From the IMG/VR virus record IMGVR_UViG_3300037722_000337, positions 1 through 24,476 of that record: 24,476 bases of DNA; one strand, written 5' to 3'. This stretch comes from a virus (lineage: Duplodnaviria; Caudoviricetes). Shown here in pieces: positions 7,185-15,111 of the stretch; position 1 is the stretch's first letter, and each line of letters starts with the position of its first letter. The position numbers and the translations under genes were made by a program. The notes beneath the pieces are model-generated. The model was not told the origin of the DNA, ran no database searches, and saw only the letters and a list, made by a program, of their open reading frames with translations.

Positions 7185-7614
7185 GCTCCCTTGCTAACTC
7201 GGTTAAGATTTCGTTTGTTACGAGCCTACCAAGGCCCAAGTTTTACGTTGTTCTTTTCTTCCACTCTCTCGACCAATGCCGTAGCCAAGTCGAACTTGTA
7301 GAGGTTTGCGAAACGCAACGCGGCGGTCAGCAAATCAGCCGACATCGCCCGAATCATCTCTCGATGCTCCGCGGTCAACTGCTCGCTCTCCCCGTGATTT
7401 CCGACAGAGCGGCTGTGATCCAACGCTTCAAATACCGTCGCCATCTTGCCGATCGACTTGGTCGCATGCAGGACGGTATGAGTGCCGAGAATGTGCGGCA
7501 CCAACTTGTCGGATGCGACATCGATGCCCGCGGAATAGGGCACGGTCCACGGCTGGTTCTCCTGCGCGTGCGAGATGGTTAGTGTCTTCGGGCTGCTCAT
7601 GTGGCTCATGCTCC
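7173..7614. repeat. 17-bp direct repeat flanking the inserted gene
   Basis: CATGTGGCTCATGCTCC at 7173-7189 and 7598-7614 (minus strand GGAGCATGAGCCACATG, i.e. RBS plus MSHM). Confidence 0.9.
7226..7609 (-). CDS. Inserted protein, probable MazG-like all-alpha NTP-pyrophosphatase fold with atypical active site
   Basis: HATKSIGKMA...ADLLTAALRFANLYKFDLATALVERVEEKN resembles MazG helices; flanked by a 17-bp direct repeat. Confidence 0.55.
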   Translation of the reverse strand: MSHMSSPKTLTISHAQENQPWTVPYSAGIDVASDKLVPHILGTHTVLHATKSIGKMATVFEALDHSRSVGNHGESEQLTAEHREMIRAMSADLLTAALRFANLYKFDLATALVERVEEKNNVKLGPW

Positions 7615-8787
7615 TTTCTGCGTGAATAGCTTCTGTACGGACTTGTTAACCGCCGCTCGCGTGTCCGCGCCCTTCGCGAGCGTGTAACCGTTGTCGGGTT
7701 TGAAGGCCCATCGGGCGGCGAACGCCGAGCCCTTGGCCAGCTTCTCGATCTGCGCCGGGGATTTCAGCTCGGGCGTGGTGTACGCCTGCGGGCCGAACTC
7801 GGCTTTCAGCTCCGGCTCCGCGTCTTCCTTCCACTGGCGGATCGACTTGGATTTCACCAGCTTTCGGCCGGGTATCTCCTGCCCGCTCTGGAGGCGCGCG
7901 ACAGCCGTCTCGGCCGCCGCCTTGCCGGCGATCTTCATCACGTCCAGCAGATCGAGAAAGCGCGATACCTGATCGTTGGACAGCTTCTCGACGCCACCGT
8001 TTTCGATTTCTTTCATCAGCTTCTCCGCTTCCTCTGCATCTTTCTGGTGTTGTGGGCATGCGTAGCGGCGCACCGGGCAGAACCGGCATTGCTCGCCGCT
8101 GGCGGTCTCACGCGACACAAGCGCGCGATCCATCGCCGGTATCAGTTCGTCTTCGAGCCAGGGCGCCAGCTCGTCGGTCGAAACTTCCCACGAGCGCACG
8201 GGGCCAGAGGAATGGACGGCGCGCGGCTGGCAAATATGCAGCACGACCTTATCGACCGTGTCCCAGAGCATCAGGTCTTCGAGGGCTCCGCAGGCGTAGT
8301 ACATGAGCTGCGGATTACGCTCTACCTCGACCACGATCCCGACGCCATACTTGAAATCCCATACGTGCAGCACACCCTCGTACTCTCCGTCAGGCAAGAC
8401 ATTTGGCCCGTAAGTCACGTGTACGAAGTCGGCCGTGCCGTAGAAGTATTTGTGGATCGTCGGGCAGGCGAAGTGCCGCTCGATCCAACTGTTGCCTTGG
8501 TTGCGCTCGGGGTGCTTCTCGCGAATGGCCGAGAGATAGACTTGCACCGCATCGGCCATCTCTTTGTCGGCGACGAACTCGTGCCCGTGTATCTTCTGGC
8601 CTATGTGCTGCCAGGGCTCTCCTGCGCCGGGTTTTAGGTAGTTGGCAGCGAGCGAGTGCGCAGCCAAGCCGGGACCGGAAAACTCGTTGTCGTCCTTGTC
8701 CGTGATCCCGGCGCTGAGCGACACCGAGCCGGGGCAGTTGATCCAGCGCTCTGCGCCGGATGCACCGAGGGGCGAATGCTGGCTCAA
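7606..8787 (-). CDS. DUF2800 Cas4-like PD-(D/E)xK exonuclease
   Basis: HSPLGASGAERWINCPGS, GTADF, DFKYGVG, NPQLMYYA, QPR, CRFCPVRRYACP (one plus three Cys, as in Cas4/AddB Fe-S clusters). Confidence 0.93.
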   Translation of the reverse strand: MSQHSPLGASGAERWINCPGSVSLSAGITDKDDNEFSGPGLAAHSLAANYLKPGAGEPWQHIGQKIHGHEFVADKEMADAVQVYLSAIREKHPERNQGNSWIERHFACPTIHKYFYGTADFVHVTYGPNVLPDGEYEGVLHVWDFKYGVGIVVEVERNPQLMYYACGALEDLMLWDTVDKVVLHICQPRAVHSSGPVRSWEVSTDELAPWLEDELIPAMDRALVSRETASGEQCRFCPVRRYACPQHQKDAEEAEKLMKEIENGGVEKLSNDQVSRFLDLLDVMKIAGKAAAETAVARLQSGQEIPGRKLVKSKSIRQWKEDAEPELKAEFGPQAYTTPELKSPAQIEKLAKGSAFAARWAFKPDNGYTLAKGADTRAAVNKSVQKLFTQKGA

Positions 8788-8972
8788 AACACTTCCTCCA
8801 CGTCTGCTACGTCGCCATTGATCGTGTCATCGATCGTCACGAAGTTGCCAACGTCCTGTTGAGAAACTGCCGCCTCGCATGCTGCTTCCGCGTCTTTCGC
8901 CAACACCGTCACCAGCGCTCGCTGCTCGACGGTGCGTTTGAGATACACGCGAAACGGCTTTATCTCAGTCAT
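8784..8972 (-). CDS. Hypothetical protein
   Basis: 62 aa; ATG 3 nt after the upstream stop; its stop overlaps the DUF2800 start. Confidence 0.7.
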   Translation of the reverse strand: MTEIKPFRVYLKRTVEQRALVTVLAKDAEAACEAAVSQQDVGNFVTIDDTINGDVADVEEVF

Positions 8973-8975
8973 GTG

Positions 8976-9611
8976 TCAGCCCTGCTTCTCGATCTCGACG
9001 TTGCAGATGTCGAGGAACTCCTGACGCACGTCTTGCGGCAGAGCGCTCGTCTCGGTCACACCGAACTCGCCGAGGATCGACATGACTTCTTCCGGGTTGC
9101 CGAGCACGCGGGCGGCTTCACTGGCCGCCTTGGCAACGTCCGCATCGCTGATGCCCGCCGGTTCCTCCGGCTGCGCACGACGACGGCGAACGGGCTCCTT
9201 GGCCGGCTCCGGCTCAGAAGGGGATTTCGTTTCCGCAGTCGAGGCAGTGGCCGCCGGTGAGGCTCCAGCGTCCGCCGCAGGCGTAGCACCGGAACGACGA
9301 CTCCGGCGGCCCGTCGTAGGGCTTGCCCCAGCCTCAGTATGGGATGTCGCATCGGCCGTCGTCGGTGCATCGTCTTGGGCCTTCGCTCGCCGGCCCCGAC
9401 GGGATGTAGCCGCAGGTGCGGCAGAACCAGTGTTGGCGCCAGTGGTAGGGTTTGCAGGCGCATCCGGCATGTCGCCGCCGCTATCGAGAAGCGCAATAGC
9501 GCGATTGACGACGCCGAGATCGAAGCTCGCACCGCGCGGCACTTTCACCGACAAAGTGACGCTTGTCGAGCCGTCGTCCTGTCGCGTTGCTGAAAAGTAG
9601 GTAAGGTTCAT
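8976..9611 (-). CDS. Replication-module protein with low-complexity linker and small helical C-terminal domain
   Basis: Start ATG 9611 (AGGAG RBS, downstream of a promoter). Ala/Thr/Pro/Arg-rich middle; C-terminal VMSILGEFGVTETSALP resembles the gene usually found upstream of DUF2800. Confidence 0.75.
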   Translation of the reverse strand: MNLTYFSATRQDDGSTSVTLSVKVPRGASFDLGVVNRAIALLDSGGDMPDAPANPTTGANTGSAAPAATSRRGRRAKAQDDAPTTADATSHTEAGASPTTGRRSRRSGATPAADAGASPAATASTAETKSPSEPEPAKEPVRRRRAQPEEPAGISDADVAKAASEAARVLGNPEEVMSILGEFGVTETSALPQDVRQEFLDICNVEIEKQG

Positions 9612-9656
9612 GTAGCAGCTACTCCTGTTCGCTGTCGCGTAATTGAAAGTACGGAC

Positions 9657-9686
9657 GTTATACCGCCTATACTTTCGGCTCGTCAA
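9657..9686 (-). promoter_or_regulatory. Sigma70-type promoter for the exonuclease-SSB-polymerase operon, with 17-bp site
   Basis: TTGACG-N18-TATAAC on the minus strand; contains GTTATACCGCCTATACT (9657-9673). Confidence 0.75.
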
Positions 9687-11137
9687 CGAAAATCTGTGGT
9701 TAATGGCTTATCGAGGGCGCAGAATATGGCTCTGTCTTTCTCGATGGCCCGGCCAACGATCCGCTCATCGAGCGTTCCGGGCACGACTGGCACATGCGCC
9801 TGGATGCTCTCGCCCTGCTGGCCAATACGATGGATGCGGTCTGCTACCTGCTGATTGCGGCCGGGCGTCCAGTCGGGCTCGGCCAGAACGATGTCCTGCG
9901 CCTTAGTGAGCGTCCAGCCCTCGCCGATCGTCTGCGTCTGGCCTAGAATGATTCTAATCTTCGGATCGGTCTGGAATGCGTCTACCGCCGATTGCCGGCG
10001 CTTCGGCGTCGAGCTGCCGTCCATGTAGGAGAGCCCATAAGGCTCCAGGGCCTCGCGCAGGATATCGAGGGTGCTGCGATGCCAGGCGGCCACGACCAGC
10101 TTCTCCACGCCGCTCTCAAGCATATCGAGGATGTAGCCGGCGATCTCCGGCGCCTTGGCCTCGCCCAGCAGCCGCCGCGCCGTCGATACCGCGCCGTCGA
10201 TCGAAACCGACGTATCGAACGATCCGGGGTCCAGCTCATACAGCTTGGACGCGACCGCCCAGCCTGGATGATCGAGCGCACTCTTGATCCCGCTCGTCAT
10301 CGCCATCGGGGCCAGATGCCAGCGCAAGGGCGGGAGTTCGTGGAGAACCTCTTCTTTGAGTCTTCGCACCATCACGTGTTTGCGCAAGCGGTGTTGCAGG
10401 TCTTCCATGCGCCGCGGGACATTGCGAACGTGATCCGACCACTCGCGCTTGAACTTTTTCGTTTTCCTGTCGAACCGCGTAATGAAGCCCTCGCCAAAGT
10501 CGTAGTAGTATTCCCGAAAATCGGCAAGGCTCATCTGGTCGATGGCTTTCCAATTCAGGAGCCGCACGGCGTTGTAGCACTCGATCGGCTGGTTCGGCAG
10601 GATCGTGCCCGAGGCCATCGTGATCCGGCCGACGACAGACGGCAGGCAGTCGGGCGCGCAAATCGGACGCGTGCGCGTGTTGCCCTTCGGCTCCTTGATG
10701 TAATGTGCCTCGTCCAGTATCAGATGATCCCAGGTGCAGCTCAAGATTGCGTCAAGAATGCTGGCGTTGCGCAGAAGATCGTAGCTGATGATGACGTAAT
10801 TCGCTTCGAGGCTGACACCATCCTTGGCTTTCAAAATCGGGTAAGTCGTTACGCCGGGGATGGTAGACCAGCGCCAGATTTCCCGCTCCCAATTGAGGCG
10901 CAGAGACGCAGGGCATACGACTAGCGTATGCTCAGCCTTGATGCCGTTGCTGACCATGATCGCTTGCGCGGTCTTGCCGAGGCCAGGGGCGTCTCCAATC
11001 AGGCAATGGTCGCGCGCGAGGGCATATTCGACTCCAGCCAATTGATAGTTGTACGGCATGACTACCGCCGGATGGGGCGCTCGATAAAAAAACGGCGCAA
11101 TCGCTCGGCTAGCTAATAAGTCAAAATCTTCACTCAT
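9683..11137 (-). CDS. SNF2/SWI2-family SF2 helicase (HARP-like)
   Basis: YQLAG Q-motif, GDAPGLGKT, VVCPASL, ILDEAH, SGT..PN, MVRRLK, GEGWTLT, QVADRIHRIGQ; start ATG 11137 overlaps the HNH stop (ATGA). Confidence 0.95.
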   Translation of the reverse strand: MSEDFDLLASRAIAPFFYRAPHPAVVMPYNYQLAGVEYALARDHCLIGDAPGLGKTAQAIMVSNGIKAEHTLVVCPASLRLNWEREIWRWSTIPGVTTYPILKAKDGVSLEANYVIISYDLLRNASILDAILSCTWDHLILDEAHYIKEPKGNTRTRPICAPDCLPSVVGRITMASGTILPNQPIECYNAVRLLNWKAIDQMSLADFREYYYDFGEGFITRFDRKTKKFKREWSDHVRNVPRRMEDLQHRLRKHVMVRRLKEEVLHELPPLRWHLAPMAMTSGIKSALDHPGWAVASKLYELDPGSFDTSVSIDGAVSTARRLLGEAKAPEIAGYILDMLESGVEKLVVAAWHRSTLDILREALEPYGLSYMDGSSTPKRRQSAVDAFQTDPKIRIILGQTQTIGEGWTLTKAQDIVLAEPDWTPGRNQQVADRIHRIGQQGESIQAHVPVVPGTLDERIVGRAIEKDRAIFCALDKPLTTDFR

Positions 11138-11652
11138 GTCGCTACCTGCTTTTCCGCCCATATTCCAAGAAATAGCAGCTCCATCAGCGACGCATCTCCT
11201 TTTAGATCATTAGCCCGCCAACTTATGATTTGTACGTTCCCCTTGGTATATCCAAATCGGCTGTCGATCCGGTCTATAGACGGCGTATTGCTCTTGTTAG
11301 CAGAGCCCCACTCAAGTTTCGTCCCTAGAATAGGGCAGCATACTGGAATGGCCAAATCTTCGGCGGAAATAGAAAACTCGATCCCTCGCTGCCGCGCATG
11401 ATTTCTCGCGCGAATAATCATAGATTTTTCTGGGTTTGCGAGCGTCCACGATCGTATGTTTTGCCGGTTTCGCAGCGGATTTGCTTTGCGCCAAGAAGAC
11501 ACGCGGGCTGACGAGCACGACTTACAATAGTTGTACCGGCTCCCGTTTCCGCGCCGATAAAATTCGGAATCATCTTTCTCTAGCGAGCAGTCGACGCAGT
11601 AGAAGAATGGCTTGGTCGCGCGACTGGCGATCAGGTCGAAATCGTCAGCCAC
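11134..11652 (-). CDS. HNH-type (His-Me) homing endonuclease with N-terminal Zn finger
   Basis: CVDC...CKSC, CPILG, PSIDRIDSRFGYTKGNVQIISWRANDLKG; AT-rich; likely GTG start at 11652 with AGGA upstream. Confidence 0.88.
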   Translation of the reverse strand: MADDFDLIASRATKPFFYCVDCSLEKDDSEFYRRGNGSRYNYCKSCSSARVSSWRKANPLRNRQNIRSWTLANPEKSMIIRARNHARQRGIEFSISAEDLAIPVCCPILGTKLEWGSANKSNTPSIDRIDSRFGYTKGNVQIISWRANDLKGDASLMELLFLGIWAEKQVAT

Positions 11653-12478
11653 TACTACTTTTCCTGCTCGCCTGGAGGGCGGCACGAGCTTTGTCATCAT
11701 ATTCTGCAACGTCTGACACGAAATCGTGCCATAGGTCGTGAGCCACGATCCACAAGTCACGGGAAAGCATTTGCCGCTCCAGCGCCACCACCCGCGCCTC
11801 CGCTGTGTCCTTGGCGGCTATCGCTTTAAAGCAGGTTCTACTAATCGACAGCGCACTTTCGTGTAAATTGTCTAACTTCGCATTGGCGTCGGCAAGCCTA
11901 TGTTCAGCAGCTTGGATGCGGTCGTAAATTGTTTGTTGCGCTGGATTTCTAAGCACGCTGTTGCGCTCAAGCCACCTAATCTGACCCTTTAGTATTTCAA
12001 AGTCTTTCTCTGCTGCGAAAAGTAGACTATCTACCATTTCTTCAGTGTATAAGCCTTCCGGACCATCCCAAGCCGCGACATCTTCTCGCGCGTTTTCAAG
12101 GTTGAACATTTCCAGCGGGGTTTGTTTCAACAATCTCTTATTCTCTGCCTGGGCGGCGGCAAGGGCGCGCTCGGCGGCTTCTGCACGTAGTTTTTCTGTT
12201 GCCCACACTTGCTGTAGCTCTGCCATGCCCTCTCGGAGTTTGCTGTCGTTAAGTTCCGCTTCCCCCGCCCGCTTCTCAGCCGCCCTGATCTTGTCACCGG
12301 CCGCGCGACACTGCTGCTTCCAGGCAGCTATTTCAGCAGCTTGCCCTTCTACACGAGACTGTAAATGCTGTCTGCTTGCCTCAGCCGCGTCGAGGGCGGC
12401 TTGCAGGCGGGTGAGTTCGGCTTGACAGCTTGCCAGCGCATCCGTCGTTTCCTTCCAGCCGTCCCGGCTCTCAGACAT
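11645..12478 (-). CDS. Coiled-coil hypothetical protein
   Basis: Start ATG 12478 (MSESRDGW); heptad-like Ala/Glu/Leu-rich sequence (RAEAAERALAAAQAEN). Confidence 0.75.
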   Translation of the reverse strand: MSESRDGWKETTDALASCQAELTRLQAALDAAEASRQHLQSRVEGQAAEIAAWKQQCRAAGDKIRAAEKRAGEAELNDSKLREGMAELQQVWATEKLRAEAAERALAAAQAENKRLLKQTPLEMFNLENAREDVAAWDGPEGLYTEEMVDSLLFAAEKDFEILKGQIRWLERNSVLRNPAQQTIYDRIQAAEHRLADANAKLDNLHESALSISRTCFKAIAAKDTAEARVVALERQMLSRDLWIVAHDLWHDFVSDVAEYDDKARAALQASRKSSSG

Positions 12479-12818
12479 CCTGCCTCTCCAGCTCTGCCAT
12501 GCGCTTGGAGATGGCGCGGGCGAAGAGGGCCTTGACCTCGGGGAAGGTGCGCCCATGGGCGTCATTCCACTCTGCAACATCCTCGATTTCGTTGAAACCG
12601 AGCGCCCGCGCAAACCGGCCATATTCAGCATACCTACTGACATCGTCGTAGGCACCCCACAGGCACACACTGTTGTCGATGCGCTCAACGTCCTGGCACC
12701 AGTCGTCTTCCGTCGCCAGCCGCTCGTCCACCGCCCTCAGCACCTTGAGAACCGGGTCCGTCGTCAGTCTGTCCAGTAGTTCACCGTCACGTCCCGACTT
12801 CACTTGCGCATAGAGCAT
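12471..12818 (-). CDS. DUF6197-like phage protein
   Basis: WCQ...VCLWGA...EWNDAHGRTFPEVKALFARAI; GGAGG RBS. Confidence 0.7.
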   Translation of the reverse strand: MLYAQVKSGRDGELLDRLTTDPVLKVLRAVDERLATEDDWCQDVERIDNSVCLWGAYDDVSRYAEYGRFARALGFNEIEDVAEWNDAHGRTFPEVKALFARAISKRMAELERQDV

Positions 12819-12845
12819 CTCACGCCTCCGGTGGGGGTTGGGTAG

Positions 12846-13286
12846 TCAAGCGTCGCATTGCGGCGCAGGCAGCATCTTCTGCATGTGCTCGATCATTGGC
12901 TTGCCGTCGGCGCTGAGCATGTACGGCACAAAGACGTGCTCGAACGAGAGCATGCCGCATTCGACGGCGGTAACCTGGCCCTTCACCCAGTCCCGGAGGA
13001 TCGAATTCACAGCCACCATGCCCTGGCGGATCGCACGCTCTTCCCATTCCTGCCGGGTAGCGCGTCGACGGCTGGTGTACGGGTTGTCCTTCAGCCAAGC
13101 GGCGGCCCAGCCCTTCGCGCTCGCCCGGAGCTGCACGTTCCGGCCACGGTGCGTGAATGCCAGCAACACGACTCGGTCATGGAACTCATCCATAAAGCCG
13201 ACGCTATCGCACCCGAACCGCTGGAGTGTTTTCGTTATCTCCGCCCGCGCAGCTTGGCCGCTGGTGGCATTCTCGTAAGGCATCAT
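12846..13286 (-). CDS. Conserved-looking phage hypothetical protein
   Basis: 146 aa with GC-rich third codon positions; PYENATSG...EITKTLQRFG...ILRDWVKGQVTAVECG..SFEHVFVPYML. Confidence 0.8.
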   Translation of the reverse strand: MMPYENATSGQAARAEITKTLQRFGCDSVGFMDEFHDRVVLLAFTHRGRNVQLRASAKGWAAAWLKDNPYTSRRRATRQEWEERAIRQGMVAVNSILRDWVKGQVTAVECGMLSFEHVFVPYMLSADGKPMIEHMQKMLPAPQCDA

Positions 13287-13336
13287 GTGCAGCGTTCCTG
13301 TCGTGGGTTAGGGGTCATCAGTCATACCAGTTTGTT

Positions 13337-13486
13337 TTAGCGCGCAGCTTCCACAGCGATTCGAGTACTGAATACATCGTCCCGGCCATGTGCTCGGCCT
13401 CCCACCAAAAACAGCCCCACCGCTATCGCCACGGCAGCCGCTATGCACATGCCGAGAGACGTTCGCTTGTTCGTCCAGGGGTTCAT
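13337..13486 (-). CDS. 49-aa membrane or secreted peptide
   Basis: Hand translation MNPWTNKRTSLGMCIAAAVAIAVGLFLVGGRAHGRDDVFSTRIAVEAAR; GGAGG RBS; ATGA coupling. Confidence 0.55.
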   Translation of the reverse strand: MNPWTNKRTSLGMCIAAAVAIAVGLFLVGGRAHGRDDVFSTRIAVEAAR

Positions 13487-13734
13487 GGCTTGTCCTCCAG
13501 GTGGTCCAGCAGATCGCGGAGCATCTGGATGATTTTGGGTCGCCGCGGGTCATCCCCGAGCTTGTCTGTAATAAAGCGGCACTGCATCGGCCATGAGAAT
13601 GTGCTCGACCAACCGCGAATGTTTTCGACCATCTCGCACAGAATTTCGCACTGGTCCTGTTCGGACGCGCCCACAAAGGCATCCGCTATTTCCAGATTGG
13701 TGATGGTCTTTGACAGCGTTACTGCGATTGGCAT
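13483..13734 (-). CDS. Hypothetical protein
   Basis: 83 aa; starts 3 nt after the upstream stop with GAGG. Confidence 0.7.
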   Translation of the reverse strand: MPIAVTLSKTITNLEIADAFVGASEQDQCEILCEMVENIRGWSSTFSWPMQCRFITDKLGDDPRRPKIIQMLRDLLDHLEDKP

Positions 13735-13737
13735 CCC

Positions 13738-14088
13738 TCATTCCTCCTTATCGGTAGCGAGCAGCGCCAGGGCGGCGCTCGCTATTTCTTCAATGCGCTC
13801 GACAGGAAATTCCATGCCGCTGCGTAACTCCCGCCAGCCGACTATGGATCGCAGCGCCTCCCGCACAACGGCGATGACATCGGATTCCAGGGCAGCGGCG
13901 CTGTTGTTAACTGCACGGACAACCCGCTCCGCCGTTTCGCGTGTTTGATTCTCGGCAATGAGCACCGTCACTTCATCGCCGTTCTTGTCCGTTGCCTTAC
14001 AAAGCACGGCACAGTAGTCTGGGTTGCCCCAGCCCTCTCGTGACGAGACATACCAAGGGCCTTCTTTCCAGTCGTCTCTCCCGCCCAT
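13738..14088 (-). CDS. Hypothetical phage protein
   Basis: 116 aa; N-terminal EGPW motif, AERVVRAVN; abuts the upstream stop. Confidence 0.75.
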   Translation of the reverse strand: MGGRDDWKEGPWYVSSREGWGNPDYCAVLCKATDKNGDEVTVLIAENQTRETAERVVRAVNNSAAALESDVIAVVREALRSIVGWRELRSGMEFPVERIEEIASAALALLATDKEE

Positions 14089-14490
14089 CTACTTCTCCCC
14101 CGTGATAAGCGCATTGAGTCCGTTCATCATGGCGACGCCTGCATTGCGCTGCGGGTCGACAAATTCGTACCTGCCATTCTCGATCTGCCGGCACGCGACG
14201 TGCAGCTCCGCCACCGTGTTCTCAATGCCAGCCTGGGACTCGCTCATCGCATTACATAATGGGCTATCCGGCGGCATGCGGTCGTATTCGTCCAGGGCAA
14301 CCCGTTGCATGGCGTCGGCCAGCATCAGGGCATGGGCGATGCTTTCGGCGATGCGGTCGCGGCGGTCAGCTTCAGCGGTCGGCAGATAAGCCCGTCTGCG
14401 ACTCTCCACTTCCATTGTGGTCATAGGCCCCGGTTCTTTCTCGACGCCTTGGCCGGTCAGCACATTGTCGATTCGCTTGATGCGCGTCAT
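14089..14490 (-). CDS. Hypothetical protein
   Basis: 133 aa; ATGA coupling. Confidence 0.7.
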   Translation of the reverse strand: MTRIKRIDNVLTGQGVEKEPGPMTTMEVESRRRAYLPTAEADRRDRIAESIAHALMLADAMQRVALDEYDRMPPDSPLCNAMSESQAGIENTVAELHVACRQIENGRYEFVDPQRNAGVAMMNGLNALITGEK

Positions 14491-14669
14491 TCGTCTAAGT
14501 CCTCTAGCTCGAATGCGCCGACGCGATTTCCGTTGTAGTCGAACAAGGCGCCTTCGGATGTGCCGGTTTCGATCTTGTCGGCCGCGTCCCGCAGGATGCG
14601 CGCGATCTCATAGCCTCGGTTGTCCTCGAAAGCGGCGTTTTCTGTGTGAACGATCTCAAGCTTAAACAT
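14487..14669 (-). CDS. Small acidic phage protein
   Basis: MFKLEI..TENAAFED...EIARILR..A..I...D.NGNRVG; AAAGGA RBS. Confidence 0.8.
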   Translation of the reverse strand: MFKLEIVHTENAAFEDNRGYEIARILRDAADKIETGTSEGALFDYNGNRVGAFELEDLDE

Positions 14670-14817
14670 TGCACTAGTTCCTTTCCGCCAGGGATTTTGC
14701 CATTTCTAGCATGGGATTCCAATGACGGCAATAAGAAACGGGAGCGACAAGTCCGGGGCGATTGCCGTCATTATAAAGCCGAAATTGAATTTTGATTGGT
14801 GAAGCATGGATAAAGGG

Positions 14818-15111
14818 CTACTCGATTCTGAAATCCGCGTGCGAGCACGCATAAAGATCGCTTTCGATATGGCGCTTAACTCTAGCCACGGTCGCACCGG
14901 TAGTCCACCACGCGCAACGCGCCCGCAATGCTTTGCCACACAGCTCCGGCACGGAAACGAACTTGCCTTTGTAGTACCTAGGCGGCCCATCTCGCCAGCG
15001 TGTCACGGCCGCCCATATGGTACCGTCATCGGCTTTCAGCAGCCATTGGCCGGAGCTGCGTCTATGCCAGCGCAGAGTGATAGGACTAATTTCGTACTCA
15101 TTAATCGTCAT
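14818..15111 (-). CDS. Hypothetical protein
   Basis: Start ATG 15111 (MTINEYEI), GGAG upstream, ATGA overlap; the longer track ORF merely runs through the tandem repeat. Confidence 0.65.
   Translation of the reverse strand: MTINEYEISPITLRWHRRSSGQWLLKADDGTIWAAVTRWRDGPPRYYKGKFVSVPELCGKALRARCAWWTTGATVARVKRHIESDLYACSHADFRIE

Noticed and set aside
7606-8787. Cas4-like gene as evidence of a CRISPR system
   Set aside because: DUF2800 is a standard part of this phage replication module; no array or other cas genes are present.
9612-9686. Track N-terminal extension of ORF 8976-9686 (also the extensions to 1820, 5555, 11161, 11760, 12688, 17094, 17835, 18175, 19045 and 22714)
   Set aside because: Downstream starts have better SDs or stop/start coupling; the extensions overlap promoters or upstream genes.
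11134-11652. Group I intron or intein explanation of the HNH insertion
   Set aside because: The ORF fills the whole insert with no room for an intron core, ends in a stop codon, and the helicase has its own coupled start.
14706-14807. 33-aa hydrophobic ORF MLHQSKFNFGFIMTAIAPDLSLPFLIAVIGIPC
   Set aside because: No SD or coupling; too weak to call, though not excluded.
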